A stretch of DNA of 64,000 nucleotides from an uncultured candidatus Porisulfidus sp. (GCA_965221375.1 OZ244883.1:384071-448070), one strand, 5' to 3'; shown: positions 11,014 through 21,050, counted from the first letter of the stretch. The notes: generated by a model from the sequence alone, not told the origin. Translations and numbers: made by a program.

Positions 11014-12056
11014 CAGGGCGTGTCCACTTGCAACTGCAGTTTGATGCGATCCTGGGATTCGCCGTCGGCTGCAGTCTCCAGGCGCTCTTCGTCAATCAAA
11101 TAAGTCAAGTGCTCGCCGGTAAATTCGTGGTCGCCGACCCGCATGTGCACATCTTCTTTGAGGATGGCGCGATTCTGCGTCAACTGATAAAGAATATCGC
11201 CGGCGCGCGCCTGCAGGCGCTGCCCGGATTCGAGGGTCTGGTTCCAGACGGCATGACCGACCGCATGCAGCGTCTGGATTCGCTCATCATCCGAATGCGC
11301 GGTCAACTTGTCCGCCTGCAGCACCATGTCGCCGAGAGTGGCGCGGACATTGCCGTGATAAACGTAAATCTTGCGGCGTGTATCCCACTCCATTCGATCG
11401 GCCGAAAGATCCAGGGTATGGGTGGATGCCTCCTCGGCATGGGCGGCATCAAAGACCTGTTCCACTAGGCGCGCCAGGGTTTCATAAGTGGGCGGATGGG
11501 CTCGGTCCGGGAACTGTCGGGCGCGCACGTCGTGGATTAATGTCCCGGCCTCTTCATGCAGGCGATAGTCCAGACCGATTCCCTGCATCACCGCTTCCGG
11601 CTGGCTTAGCTGCACCGGGGCGTCCGTGCGAATGCGCTGTCGTTCGGTGTCCAGCGTCAGGGCGCGACCGCGCATCAGCACAGGCGCGTGATGGTCGCTC
11701 TGCAGCAGCACCTCCACGGCATCGTGCAGGATAATCTCCAGATCACGAATCTCGCCGCGTAGGGAAGCGGCCCAGGAATCGGCGAAGGCCGGCTCCTGCC
11801 ACTGTATGTAGGGCTCCTCCAAAAGGATATGCGAATCCTCGGAATATTGGTCCAGATGCGTGGCGATGACTCGATAAAGCAGTTGTCCCTGCGCGTCCCG
11901 CATCCAGTAGCGCACATCGGTGTAACTGCTTTCGGCCTCAGGGTCGCCAATGGTGGAATAAGAGGCGGTTGGCGCAGGGTTGGATGACCAGGGCTGCCAT
12001 CCCCAGAGGATGCCGGCCACTGCCAGGGCAAAGATCGTGACAAGCAAAGGTTTCAT
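11013..12056 (-). CDS. LptC-like membrane-anchored protein with C-terminal LptA/OstA-like domain (single ORF)
   Basis: Start re-set to [17 protein letters not shown] (N-terminal TM anchor as in LptC). The C-terminal approx 130 aa resemble LptA/OstA_N ([21 protein letters not shown]...). No separate lptA lies between it and lptB. 4-nt overlap with the kdsC stop. Confidence 0.6.
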   Translation of the reverse strand: MKPLLVTIFALAVAGILWGWQPWSSNPAPTASYSTIGDPEAESSYTDVRYWMRDAQGQLLYRVIATHLDQYSEDSHILLEEPYIQWQEPAFADSWAASLRGEIRDLEIILHDAVEVLLQSDHHAPVLMRGRALTLDTERQRIRTDAPVQLSQPEAVMQGIGLDYRLHEEAGTLIHDVRARQFPDRAHPPTYETLARLVEQVFDAAHAEEASTHTLDLSADRMEWDTRRKIYVYHGNVRATLGDMVLQADKLTAHSDDERIQTLHAVGHAVWNQTLESGQRLQARAGDILYQLTQNRAILKEDVHMRVGDHEFTGEHLTYLIDEERLETAADGESQDRIKLQLQVDTP

Positions 12057-12523
12057 GACGCAAGCAACCAGTCGCACACGTCGCGCACAGCACCCTGTCC
12101 GCCCGCGTGGGGGGTCACCCAATCAGCAACTTCTCGGGCCGGATTGCGCGCATCCGCCACGGCGACTCCCATGCCGGCAGCCTGCAGCAGGGGCACATCC
12201 CCGCGGTCGTCGCCGAGGCAGACGGCCTGCTCCCAACGATAGTCCAAACGTTCCAGCACTTCGCACGCTCGGGCATATTTATCCGAGCAGTCGAGGTGAA
12301 TTTCCTGAATCCCCAGAGCCTGCAGACGGGCATGAGTGGCGGCGCTGGGACGGGAACTGATGACCACGATTTGAATGCCGGCGGCAAGCACGTCGACCAG
12401 TCCCTGGCCGTCATGCACATGAAAGCTTTTGGTTTCGGTGCCATCCTCGGACAAATAAAGGCGGCCATCGGTCAAGACGCCGTCGACATCCAAAATCAGC
12501 ACTTTGACTTGCTCGGGAGTCAT
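12053..12523 (-). CDS. kdsC: 3-deoxy-D-manno-octulosonate 8-phosphate phosphatase
   Basis: 156 aa. HAD motif ILDVDGVLTDG and GDDRGDVPLL. Confidence 0.9.
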   Translation of the reverse strand: MTPEQVKVLILDVDGVLTDGRLYLSEDGTETKSFHVHDGQGLVDVLAAGIQIVVISSRPSAATHARLQALGIQEIHLDCSDKYARACEVLERLDYRWEQAVCLGDDRGDVPLLQAAGMGVAVADARNPAREVADWVTPHAGGQGAVRDVCDWLLAS

Positions 12524-13500
12524 CGAATGCCCGCCGCGATTAAATCATGCATATTGAGCGCCCCCACCAACTCCTTCTTCTGCATGACGGGCACGGCGTT
12601 GAAACGTCGATCGCGCATACGATGCAGCACATCAGCGGCCAGTTCATCCGGAGCAGCGACCTGGAAATCTCGGGTCATGGCCTCTTCGATTGGGGTGCGA
12701 TGAATATCGACGGCTTCCGCCAGACTGCGCCGCAGATCGCCATCGGTGAAAACGCCGATTAATTGCCCGCCGTCATCCAATACGGTGGTCATGCCTAGGC
12801 CCTTCTCGGAAATTTCCGGCAAGGCGTCGCGCAACAGAGTGCCGGCACGGACTTGGGGAATGTCGGCGCCACTGCGCATGATGTCGCCGACGGTGGTCAA
12901 CAGACGCCGGCCCAAGCTGCCACCTGGGTGGTTGTGCGCAAAATCCTCGGCGCGGAATCCGCGAATTTCCATCAACGCAATGGCCAGCGCATCGCCAATC
13001 GCCAAAGTGGCGGTGGTGCTGGAGGTTGGGGCCAGATTCAACGGGCATGCCTCGCGTTCTATCTGCAGCTCCAGGTGCAGATCGGCGGCAGTTGCCAGGG
13101 TTGATTCATGCTCGCCCGTAATCGCAATCAGCGGCGCTCCGATCCGGCGCAAGATCGGTAACAGGCCGATCAGTTCCGGCGTTTCGCCCGAGTTGGACAG
13201 CGCCAGCACCACATCGTCGGTACGGATCATGCCGAGATCGCCGTGACTGGCTTCGGCAGGATGCACAAAAAATGCCGGACTGCCGGTACTGGCGAAAGTG
13301 GCGGCGATTTTTTGTCCGACGTGGCCGGATTTTCCGATACCGATCACAATAATGCGGCCCTTGCAGCTGCCCAACAGGCGACAGCAGTCGGCGAATACAT
13401 GATTCATGTGCTCGGCCTGGGCGCGCACGGTATCGGCTTCCAGATTCAGCACGTCTTGGGCGAGCGCCAGAATGTCCGAAGTGTCAGTTTCGCGATTCAT
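12520..13500 (-). CDS. kdsD: Arabinose-5-phosphate isomerase (SIS + tandem CBS)
   Basis: Start re-set to MNRETDT. SIS motif GIGKSGHVGQKIAATFASTG; C-terminal CBS pair. Confidence 0.9.
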   Translation of the reverse strand: MNRETDTSDILALAQDVLNLEADTVRAQAEHMNHVFADCCRLLGSCKGRIIVIGIGKSGHVGQKIAATFASTGSPAFFVHPAEASHGDLGMIRTDDVVLALSNSGETPELIGLLPILRRIGAPLIAITGEHESTLATAADLHLELQIEREACPLNLAPTSSTTATLAIGDALAIALMEIRGFRAEDFAHNHPGGSLGRRLLTTVGDIMRSGADIPQVRAGTLLRDALPEISEKGLGMTTVLDDGGQLIGVFTDGDLRRSLAEAVDIHRTPIEEAMTRDFQVAAPDELAADVLHRMRDRRFNAVPVMQKKELVGALNMHDLIAAGIR

Positions 13501-14447
13501 ACAGAACTCATCATGCGTTGCGCCACCCAACCCAGATAGGTTATATAGCATAACAACAGGAAAAGAGCGCCGCCCCGCCGAAGTTCAAGCGCTTTGGAAC
13601 GCAGCAGCAGGCCTGCAAGTAAAACCGTCAGTACCAGCATGACGGTCGCATCGCGCCACAGGTCCGGTGAGGTTGAAAAAGGGCGGATCACCGCGGGCAG
13701 GCCCACCACCCCCAAGGTATTGAACAAATTGGAGCCGACGACATTGCCCATAATCAAGTGACTTCCCTGCGCCCGTCGAATGGAGGCCAGGGCTGCGGCC
13801 AGTTCAGGGAGAGATGTGCCAATGGCGACAACCGTCAAACCAATCAGCAATTCGTCAATTCCGGATGCCCGTGCCAGTCCGATCGCGCCCCAAACCAAAA
13901 CCCAGGCGCTGCTCAATAACAAAACCAGCCCAAGCAGTGTGACGGCAAGCGCAATCGGCAGGGTATTCAGTCGGGGGGCCTCCGGGATGTTCGGAGTAGA
14001 GGCGTTTCGGCGTGTGGTCCACAAAATAATGACGATCAGCGCGACCAAAAGCAGACCGCCTTCGAGTCGAGTCAACGCCGAATCCATCAGGGCGACGAAA
14101 ACTCCCGCGGTGCCCAGCAGAATCAACGGGAGGTCGCGGCGCAAGGTCTGGGATTCGGCTCGAAGAGGCGCGAGAAGGGCGGAGATCCCGAGAATCATGG
14201 CGATGTTGGCGATATTGGAGCCGAAGGCGTTCCCGATGGCGATGCCTCCGCTGCCGCGGGCCGCCGCGGTGGCCGAGACCAACAGTTCCGGCAGACTGGT
14301 GCCAAAGCCCAACACAACAACACCGATGGTGAAAGCGGAGACGTGCAGGTGCAGCGCCAGGGCGATGGCGCCGTCGATAAGACGCTGGGCGCTCCAGGCT
14401 AAAGCGGCGAGCCCGCCGGCGATGGCCAGGAGATACAGGGTCAGCAT
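13497..14447 (-). CDS. yrbG: Ca2+/Na+ antiporter family inner-membrane protein (YrbG)
   Basis: 316 aa. Two alpha-repeat GFGTSLPEL / GTSLPELAAAL motifs. Confidence 0.85.
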   Translation of the reverse strand: MLTLYLLAIAGGLAALAWSAQRLIDGAIALALHLHVSAFTIGVVVLGFGTSLPELLVSATAAARGSGGIAIGNAFGSNIANIAMILGISALLAPLRAESQTLRRDLPLILLGTAGVFVALMDSALTRLEGGLLLVALIVIILWTTRRNASTPNIPEAPRLNTLPIALAVTLLGLVLLLSSAWVLVWGAIGLARASGIDELLIGLTVVAIGTSLPELAAALASIRRAQGSHLIMGNVVGSNLFNTLGVVGLPAVIRPFSTSPDLWRDATVMLVLTVLLAGLLLRSKALELRRGGALFLLLCYITYLGWVAQRMMSSV

Positions 14448-14655
14448 CAGAATTTAAGAACGCGGGCCAACAGCAAACAAGAGGCTGTCGGGCCGATATC
14501 AGGCAGGCGCAAAGTTATGAAAGGCAAGGCGATTATATCGCCTCCCCAGACCGAATCCACCTGGGCGGGGCCGACTGTCGGGCTGTATTTCCTGCTCCGA
14601 CTCTTTCGCAGGCAACATAAAATAGGCACCGTTCAATTGGTGTTTTTCTGAATCC

Positions 14656-17139
14656 ATGCTTGATTTTCTGCGGCGCCATTACGACCGCCTGGTGCTGGAT
14701 GTGCCTTGGGTGGCTCTGTTGCTGTTGGCATTGGGCGTGGGTTTCATGGCGACGCAGGCGACCGATTTTCGTTTGGATGCATCCGCCGATTCTCTTTTGT
14801 TGGAAGACGACCAGGACCTGCGTTATTTCCGCACTCTCGCTGATCGCTTCGGCGGCCAGGAGCTGCTGATCGTCACGTATCAGCCGCCCCAACCGATGTT
14901 GGACCCGAAGACGTTGGAGCACTTGGATGCATTGCGCGGGGAATTGCTGGCGCTGCCGGCGGTTCGCGACGTGGTGAGCATTCTGGATGTGCCTTTGTTG
15001 AATTCGCCGCCGATTGATTTCTCCGAACTGGGCTATACCACCCGCACATTGCGGGATGCGGAGACGGACCGGGAACTGGCGCAGCAGGAGTTGATGCGCA
15101 GCCCGTTCTACAGCGAGATGCTCATGAGTCCGGATGGGCGGACCACTGCGCTGGTGGCCATGCTGAAGGAGGATACCGTCGGCGAGGAGTTGTTGGATTC
15201 CCGCACCCAACTGCGAGATGCGCGGCGAGAAGGGCGCTTGGATGCACAGGGGCGACAGCAGCTGGCGGAAGTCACGCGACGTTATGCGGATCATTCTGCC
15301 GTCATGGCGCAACGGCGCGCCGAGAATGTTGCTGCCGTGCGGGCGGTTTTGGACCGCTATCGGGGAGAGGCCAGGATATTTTTAGGTGGCGTTTCCATGA
15401 TTGCCTCCGACATGATCGATTTTATCGATCGGGATTTGCATGTGTTCGGGGCGACGGTTTTCGCCTTTTTGGTGGGCATGCTGGCGGTCATTTTTCGCCG
15501 TTGGCGCTGGATCGCCTTGCCTTTGCTGGGTTGCTCGGCAGCCGTCATCCTGATGATGGGCACATTGGCCCTGGCGCGTTGGCCGGTGACGGTGATTTCT
15601 TCGAATTTTGTGTCGCTGCTGCTGATCATCACCATGTCCATGACGATTCATTTGATTGTGCGGTTTCGCGAGCTTCAAGCAAACGAATCCCAGGCGGAAC
15701 TGCGCGATTTGATCCGTCGCGCCGTCCATTTCATGTTCATTCCGATCTTGTATTCAGCCTTGACCACGATGGTGGCCTTTACGTCGCTGCTGGTCAGCGG
15801 CATCCGTCCGGTCATTGATTTTGGCTACATGATGACGGCGGGTGTGGCCATGGCGCTGGGCGTGATTTTCCTGTTGTTTCCGGCAGCATTGTCGTTGTTG
15901 CCTCGGGTACATGGCGAAGAGCGCGATTTCACGCGGGGCGTGACTTTGGCGTTCGCACGTCTGACCGAACGTCATCGGCGACCCATTCTGGCGATTGCCG
16001 TCGTGTTGGCGGTGGTCAGCGCTTTTGGGGTGGCGCGTCTGGATGTGGAGAATCGCTTTATCGATTACTTTGACACGGAAACGGAAATCTACCAGGGCAT
16101 GCTGGAGATTGACCGGCACCTGGGGGGAACCACGACGCTGGACATCATTTTGGAAGCCGACCCCGAGGCCCAGGTGGTTGTGGAGGATGACGAGGATTTT
16201 TATGCGGAATTCGGTGAGGATCAGGGAGCGCCCGTCGGCTACTGGTTCAATCCCCTGCGCCTGCGGGAACTGCGCCGGGTGCATGACTGGCTGGATGCCC
16301 AGCCGGAAATTGGCAAGGTGCTGTCCTTGGATACCATCGTGCGGATGGCGGAAAGCGTCAATGACGGCGAACCCCTGGATGACCTGAAAATCAGCGTGCT
16401 GCGCGAAGGGCTTTCGCATTTGCCCGAGGACATGCAGGATGTATTGGTGCGCCCGTATAAATCCGAAGACGGCGACACCTTGCGGATTCAGTTGCGCGTA
16501 ATCGATTCCGATCCGAACCTGCGTCGGGCGGAATTGCTGGAACGGGTGGATCGTTTCCTACGCACAGAAATGGACTACGACGATGAACGCTTCCGCCAAA
16601 GCGGTCTGCTGGTGCTCTACAACAACATGCTGCAGAGCCTGTTCGCGTCACAGATTCAGACCATTGGATTTGTGTTCTTGGCGATATTGGGCATGTTTTT
16701 GGTCTTGTTTCGCTCGCTGCGGTTGGCTTTAATTGCCATCCTGCCCAATATGCTGCCGGCGCTTCTGGTGTTGGGGGCGATGGGTTGGCTGGGTATTTCT
16801 TTGGATTTGATGACGATTACGATTGCTGCAATCAGCGTCGGTATTGCGGTCGACAATACGATTCACTACATTGTTCGGTTTCGCCGAGAGTTTGCGGCCG
16901 ACCAGGACTATCTGGCCACCATGTGGCGCTGCCACGGCAGTATCGGACGGGCCATGTACTACACCTCACTCACCATCATTGTGGGGTTTTCCATTTTGAT
17001 GCTGTCGCAGTTCACGCCGACGTTTTACTTTGGTCTGTTTACCGGACTGGCGATGTTGACTGCGTTGCTGGCCTCGCTGACACTGTTGCCGGCCATGTTG
17101 CTCGCGCTACGGCCACTGGGACAGGGTCGGCGCCGTTAG
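14656..17139 (+). CDS. RND-superfamily exporter (MMPL/HpnN-like, two SSD-type 6-TM bundles)
   Basis: 827 aa. Two hydrophobic 6-TM blocks separated by a large soluble domain. Confidence 0.75.
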   Translation: MLDFLRRHYDRLVLDVPWVALLLLALGVGFMATQATDFRLDASADSLLLEDDQDLRYFRTLADRFGGQELLIVTYQPPQPMLDPKTLEHLDALRGELLALPAVRDVVSILDVPLLNSPPIDFSELGYTTRTLRDAETDRELAQQELMRSPFYSEMLMSPDGRTTALVAMLKEDTVGEELLDSRTQLRDARREGRLDAQGRQQLAEVTRRYADHSAVMAQRRAENVAAVRAVLDRYRGEARIFLGGVSMIASDMIDFIDRDLHVFGATVFAFLVGMLAVIFRRWRWIALPLLGCSAAVILMMGTLALARWPVTVISSNFVSLLLIITMSMTIHLIVRFRELQANESQAELRDLIRRAVHFMFIPILYSALTTMVAFTSLLVSGIRPVIDFGYMMTAGVAMALGVIFLLFPAALSLLPRVHGEERDFTRGVTLAFARLTERHRRPILAIAVVLAVVSAFGVARLDVENRFIDYFDTETEIYQGMLEIDRHLGGTTTLDIILEADPEAQVVVEDDEDFYAEFGEDQGAPVGYWFNPLRLRELRRVHDWLDAQPEIGKVLSLDTIVRMAESVNDGEPLDDLKISVLREGLSHLPEDMQDVLVRPYKSEDGDTLRIQLRVIDSDPNLRRAELLERVDRFLRTEMDYDDERFRQSGLLVLYNNMLQSLFASQIQTIGFVFLAILGMFLVLFRSLRLALIAILPNMLPALLVLGAMGWLGISLDLMTITIAAISVGIAVDNTIHYIVRFRREFAADQDYLATMWRCHGSIGRAMYYTSLTIIVGFSILMLSQFTPTFYFGLFTGLAMLTALLASLTLLPAMLLALRPLGQGRRR

Positions 17140-17169
17140 GATAAAACCGGGGACTATCTAGTGTTGTGT

Positions 17170-17272
17170 CCCGGGAATAGTAAGCAAAGTTGCTCAATTC
17201 CGTCCATCTTTGCATAATTAAATCAACAGCTTACTATTTTTTGCCCGAGGTTTTGGTGAGGGTGGACTCGGC
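17170..17272. repeat. Repeat copy A: cccgggaatagtaagcaaagt ... (58-nt insertion) ... ggttttggtgagggtggactcggc, immediately 3' of the DUF1640-like gene
   Basis: Direct comparison with copy B at 18037..18088. Confidence 0.7.
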
Positions 17273-17328
17273 GGTGGCGCCGCCGAGCACCCAAATCTTC
17301 CAGATGATTGCCGAAATTAAGCCAAGTT

Positions 17329-17751
17329 TTACTGGAGCTGTGTAATAAATGTCAGCGCCGCAATCACCAAACTCGCGGAAATGAAAGAGTACCACATAAT
17401 CAAAGCTTGCATTTTCGAACTCACCGCGTCAATCTTCGTATCCATACTTTGGATTTTTCCAGTCATGTCTGCGCGCAACGTCTGGATTTCTCCTCGCAGC
17501 TCTTTATGCGCACCGTCCATATCCGAGCGTAATGTCTGGATTTCCCCAGTCATGTCCGAGCGCAACGCTTCAATTTTGCCATCCAAGTGGCGAAAATTTT
17601 CTTTGGTGGCCAGATGCGGAATCTGCGCCTCAATACTCGTCAAGCGTTCCGAGATATTGATCACCGCGGCCGATTCAGCCACCAGCTCGGGCACCGGTTC
17701 TTGCGAAGACATTGAGGGATTGGTGGGTTGGGGTTGTGAGGTCATGACCAT
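17329..17751 (-). CDS. DUF1640-like coiled-coil protein with C-terminal membrane helix
   Basis: LATKENFRHLDGKIEALRSDM..., 11-residue-type repeats EIQTLRSDM / EIQTLRADM, C-terminal MWYSFISASLVIAALTFI. Start taken at ATG preceded by GGAG (MVMTSQ...). Confidence 0.55.
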   Translation of the reverse strand: MVMTSQPQPTNPSMSSQEPVPELVAESAAVINISERLTSIEAQIPHLATKENFRHLDGKIEALRSDMTGEIQTLRSDMDGAHKELRGEIQTLRADMTGKIQSMDTKIDAVSSKMQALIMWYSFISASLVIAALTFITQLQ

Positions 17752-18008
17752 TTTCTCCATAGGCAAGGCCAAAGTCAAGAGAAGCGCATGGCTGTGGATC
17801 TGAGTCTCGCCACTGGGGCGCTTCCGATTATAACCCGCCGCACGAAGCGAATCTTCGGCGAGGGGGAGGATTCCTCATCCTATGCCAGTGATAACCCGAA
17901 GTCCAGAAAAAATGGTCAGACCAACCTGCACATTTTTTTTTCACATGTAAATCAATAGATTAACCTTGTTTTTAAGGTTCTGTAGAGACAGATTTTGGCA
18001 AGAATGGG

Positions 18009-18028
18009 CGCGAAAATGCGCTTTTTTC
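18009..18028 (+). terminator. Orphan intrinsic terminator-like hairpin on plus strand (GCGC-gaaaat-GCGC + TTTTTT)
   Basis: Stem-loop followed by a T6 run. No plus-strand ORF upstream. Confidence 0.4.
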
Positions 18029-18036
18029 AGAGTATT

Positions 18037-18088
18037 CCGGGAATTATGTAAGCAAAGTCAGGCGGTTTTGGTGAGGGTGGAGTCGGCT
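18037..18088. repeat. Repeat copy B: tccgggaattatgtaagcaaagt ... ggttttggtgagggtggagtcggc
   Basis: About 20/24 and 23/24 identity with the two blocks of copy A. Lacks the 58-nt insert. Confidence 0.7.
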
Positions 18089-18205
18089 ACTGCTTCACTG
18101 GACCAGTGCCATAGAATTTTTTGGCGCTAAAAATTAAGTATAATTTCCTAGAAGTACCAATGTTAGGCACTCACAAGTCATCAATCATTTCCGGGGGAAG
18201 TTTAA

Positions 18206-20974
18206 ATGACGCAGCAAAAACATTTTGGCGCAGTTGGGTATTGGGTCGCGGCCGGAGTCGCGATGACCCTGCTCGTAAATCCGGCTTTGGCGGAAGAAGA
18301 AAAAGAAGTCCTCAGTGTGGTGGGCTCGCGCAGTCTGGACCGTTCCGCGGCTGATTTGGCGGTGCCGGTCGATGTGATTGATGCAGACAATCTTCGATCA
18401 CAGGGAGCGACCCGCATGGACTCCATGCTGTCGACGCTGGTGCCGTCTTACAACGTCGGCCAACAACCGATCAGTGATGCGGCCACCTTAGTCCGTCCGG
18501 CAAACATGCGGGGACTGCCGCCGGATTCAACCCTGGTGCTGGTCAATGGCAAACGCCGCCACCGGTCTTCCGTGATTGCCTTTTTGGGTGCCGGCATAGC
18601 GGACGGGTCGCATGGGGCGGATATCTCCGCAATCCCTGCCATCGCCTTGGACCGCGTCGACGTGTTGCGTGATGGCGCGGCAGCCCAGTATGGCTCGGAT
18701 GCAATCGCCGGTATTTTAAATTTTGTGCTCAAGGATGACAACGAAGGAGGCTCGTTGGAGGCCCGTTGGGGACAGTACTACCAAGGGGATGGTGAAAACT
18801 TTACGGTTGCCGCCAATGTCGGCCTGCCGCTCACGGATCGGGGTTTTCTGAACCTGAGCGCGGAATACAATGAAGCGGATCCCACCAGTCGCAGCGTGCA
18901 GCGGGCGGATGCGCAGGGACTGATTGACGGTGGAAATTCGGATGTGCGCACACCGGCGGCCCAGATTTGGGGCGCGCCCGAGATTGAGGACGACTACAAA
19001 CTGTTTGCCAATGCCGGAATCGATATCGGCGACAACTCCGAACTGTATTCGTTTGCCAGTTACGCGGAACGTACCGTGGAAGGCGGCTTTTTCTTCCGCA
19101 ATCCGCATACGCGATCAGGTGTTTTTCAACATCCCGACGATGAGACGAAGTTACTGGTTATCGATTTGGACGCCTCGGACGGAATCCGCTGCGGAGATAT
19201 TACTCGCGACCAGGCATCGAATTTGGAGGAATTGAATGCGACCATTGCCGCTTTACAGGCCAATCGCCAGTGGAATGACAACTGTTGGACATTCATGCAG
19301 CGTTTCCCCGGAGGTTTTACCCCGCAATTTGGCGCCGACATTGAAGACACCAGTTTTGCTTTGGGATTTCGCGGAGAGACGGATGGGGGGTTGACCTATG
19401 ATCTCAGCGCGGTTTGGGGTGAGCATGAAAGCAGGTTCTACATGGAAAACACCATCAACCCCCAGTTGGTTGCACAGAAGTTTGACATTCCAACCTCGTA
19501 CAACCCGGGCACCTATATCGAGACCGACTACACCATCAATTTGGATTTCACCAAGCAATTCGACATTGCGTCGTTCCACTCGCCTCTAAATGTCGGTTTT
19601 GGTTTGGAGTATCGGGAAGAGGAGTTTGAAATTAAAGCCGGGGATGAGAATTCGACGTTTATTGCCTTGGACGAGAACGGGGAATCTCTTCATCCTTCTT
19701 TAGGTGTTGGCTCCAACGGCTTCCCCGGATTTCGCCCGGGAGATGCGGGTAAGTATGATCGTGCGTCTGCGGCAGCCTATGTGGATTTTGAGGCGGATGT
19801 GACAGAGGATCTGTTGTTGAATCTTGCCGTGCGCCATGAGGATCCTGAGGAATTCAGTTCAACCACCGACGGCAAGTTGGCGGCCCGTTTTCAGGCGACC
19901 GACCAGGTGGCACTGCGCGGCTCGTTCAGCACTGGCTTTCGAGTGCCCACTGTGGGACAGGCCAACGTTCGCAACACTACAACGGAAATCACCAACGGAG
20001 TGCTGTCAGATGCCTTGACCCTTCCTCCGGCGCATTCAACCTTGGCCACCTTGGGTCTTGGGGGAGCGCTGGAGGCAGAGGAGTCCGAAAACTTCGGGCT
20101 GGGTGCCGTGATTGAAGTGGGTGGACTGTCGGTGACGATTGATTACTATCATATTGAGGTGGATGATCGGATCGGGCAATCCTCCAACCATCATCTGTCG
20201 TGCGTTCTTTTGAATCGGCTGGATTTCACCATTCAAACGAGTAGAGGTGTGACGGTGAATGAAACCAACTGCGCATCAAACAAGGAATATGGTACTTACG
20301 TCGTGATAGAAGACGGCATGGAAAAGGATATCTCGCTGACCGCGGACGAGATAAGGGCAAAGACGGTAAATAACAGCAACAAGTTGTTGACAGTAGCCAT
20401 CGACGAGGAAAAAGACAAGCTCCAGTCAAGTATCGAAGATATCGAGAGTATTACCACGATGAAGTTCTTCACCAACGGTTTTGATACGACCACCGAGGGT
20501 GTCGACATCGTGGCGACGTATCCGATGGATATGTTCGGGGGCCTGACCAACTGGACGCTGGCGGCCAACTGGAATCGCACGGAAGTGACGAGTCGTGATA
20601 AAAGTGTGATTGACAACAAAAAAGTGCACCAGATTGAAGAAGCGCTCCCGAAGACGCGCCTGACCCTCACCGCCGATCACGCGAACGGGCCATGGCAGGT
20701 GCTTTTCCGGGCTCGCTATTATGGTCCTCACATTGAATATCATGCGAATTCGGAAAATCGTCTGTTTCGTTCCGACGCCCGCTGGTTGCATGATCTGGAA
20801 GTTTCGTACAACTTTTCGGATCAACTGGCCGTCACTGTGGGTGCGGAAAACATTCTGGATGAAGAGCCCACCAATAATCCTTTCGCGACCGATTACGGTT
20901 CCGAATTTGCGGAGAATCCGCCTTTCAACTACAACGGCGGCTTCTACTACCTCAAGGCCCGCTGGAACTTCTAA
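18206..20974 (+). CDS. TonB-dependent outer-membrane receptor
   Basis: 922 aa. Signal peptide, plug domain (DSTLVLVNGKR, LDRVDVLRDGAAAQYGSDAIAGILNFVLKD), C-terminal beta-barrel ending RWNF. Confidence 0.9.
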   Translation: MTQQKHFGAVGYWVAAGVAMTLLVNPALAEEEKEVLSVVGSRSLDRSAADLAVPVDVIDADNLRSQGATRMDSMLSTLVPSYNVGQQPISDAATLVRPANMRGLPPDSTLVLVNGKRRHRSSVIAFLGAGIADGSHGADISAIPAIALDRVDVLRDGAAAQYGSDAIAGILNFVLKDDNEGGSLEARWGQYYQGDGENFTVAANVGLPLTDRGFLNLSAEYNEADPTSRSVQRADAQGLIDGGNSDVRTPAAQIWGAPEIEDDYKLFANAGIDIGDNSELYSFASYAERTVEGGFFFRNPHTRSGVFQHPDDETKLLVIDLDASDGIRCGDITRDQASNLEELNATIAALQANRQWNDNCWTFMQRFPGGFTPQFGADIEDTSFALGFRGETDGGLTYDLSAVWGEHESRFYMENTINPQLVAQKFDIPTSYNPGTYIETDYTINLDFTKQFDIASFHSPLNVGFGLEYREEEFEIKAGDENSTFIALDENGESLHPSLGVGSNGFPGFRPGDAGKYDRASAAAYVDFEADVTEDLLLNLAVRHEDPEEFSSTTDGKLAARFQATDQVALRGSFSTGFRVPTVGQANVRNTTTEITNGVLSDALTLPPAHSTLATLGLGGALEAEESENFGLGAVIEVGGLSVTIDYYHIEVDDRIGQSSNHHLSCVLLNRLDFTIQTSRGVTVNETNCASNKEYGTYVVIEDGMEKDISLTADEIRAKTVNNSNKLLTVAIDEEKDKLQSSIEDIESITTMKFFTNGFDTTTEGVDIVATYPMDMFGGLTNWTLAANWNRTEVTSRDKSVIDNKKVHQIEEALPKTRLTLTADHANGPWQVLFRARYYGPHIEYHANSENRLFRSDARWLHDLEVSYNFSDQLAVTVGAENILDEEPTNNPFATDYGSEFAENPPFNYNGGFYYLKARWNF

Positions 20975-20985
20975 GACCTGACAGC

Positions 20986-21050
20986 AAGCCTCCTTCGCGC
21001 GTCCGACGCGGGGGAGGCTTGTCATTCCCGCATGACTGCGGGAATGAATT
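20986..21050. terminator. Bidirectional terminator region between convergent genes
   Basis: Two hairpins (AAGCCTCC..GGAGGCTT and TTCCCGCA-tgac-TGCGGGAA) followed by a T-rich run. Confidence 0.5.

Noticed and set aside
14533-15312. 259-aa minus-strand ORF
   Set aside because: Lies entirely antisense within the well-supported RND exporter gene. High-GC shadow ORF.
17381-17803. 140-aa plus-strand ORF overlapping the DUF1640-like gene
   Set aside because: Its translation is a repetitive mirror of the minus-strand coiled-coil repeats. The minus-strand frame has the family-typical motif and TM tail.
17806-17950. GCCACTG (B12-box-like) and a GTCAG...CCTGC element upstream of the TonB-dependent receptor, suggesting a cobalamin riboswitch
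   Set aside because: Other conserved cobalamin-riboswitch blocks (GGGAA, GGUG..AAUCC, CCCGC..CUGU, GGGAAGGC) are absent. The match lies about 390 nt from the start codon and overlaps the 5' end of the DUF1640-like gene on the other strand.
18100-18205. Possible Fur box (ATCAATCATTT) or sigma70 -10 TATAAT upstream of the TonB receptor
   Set aside because: Only a partial match to the 19-bp Fur consensus, and the -35 spacing is unsatisfactory. Kept as unassigned promoter region.
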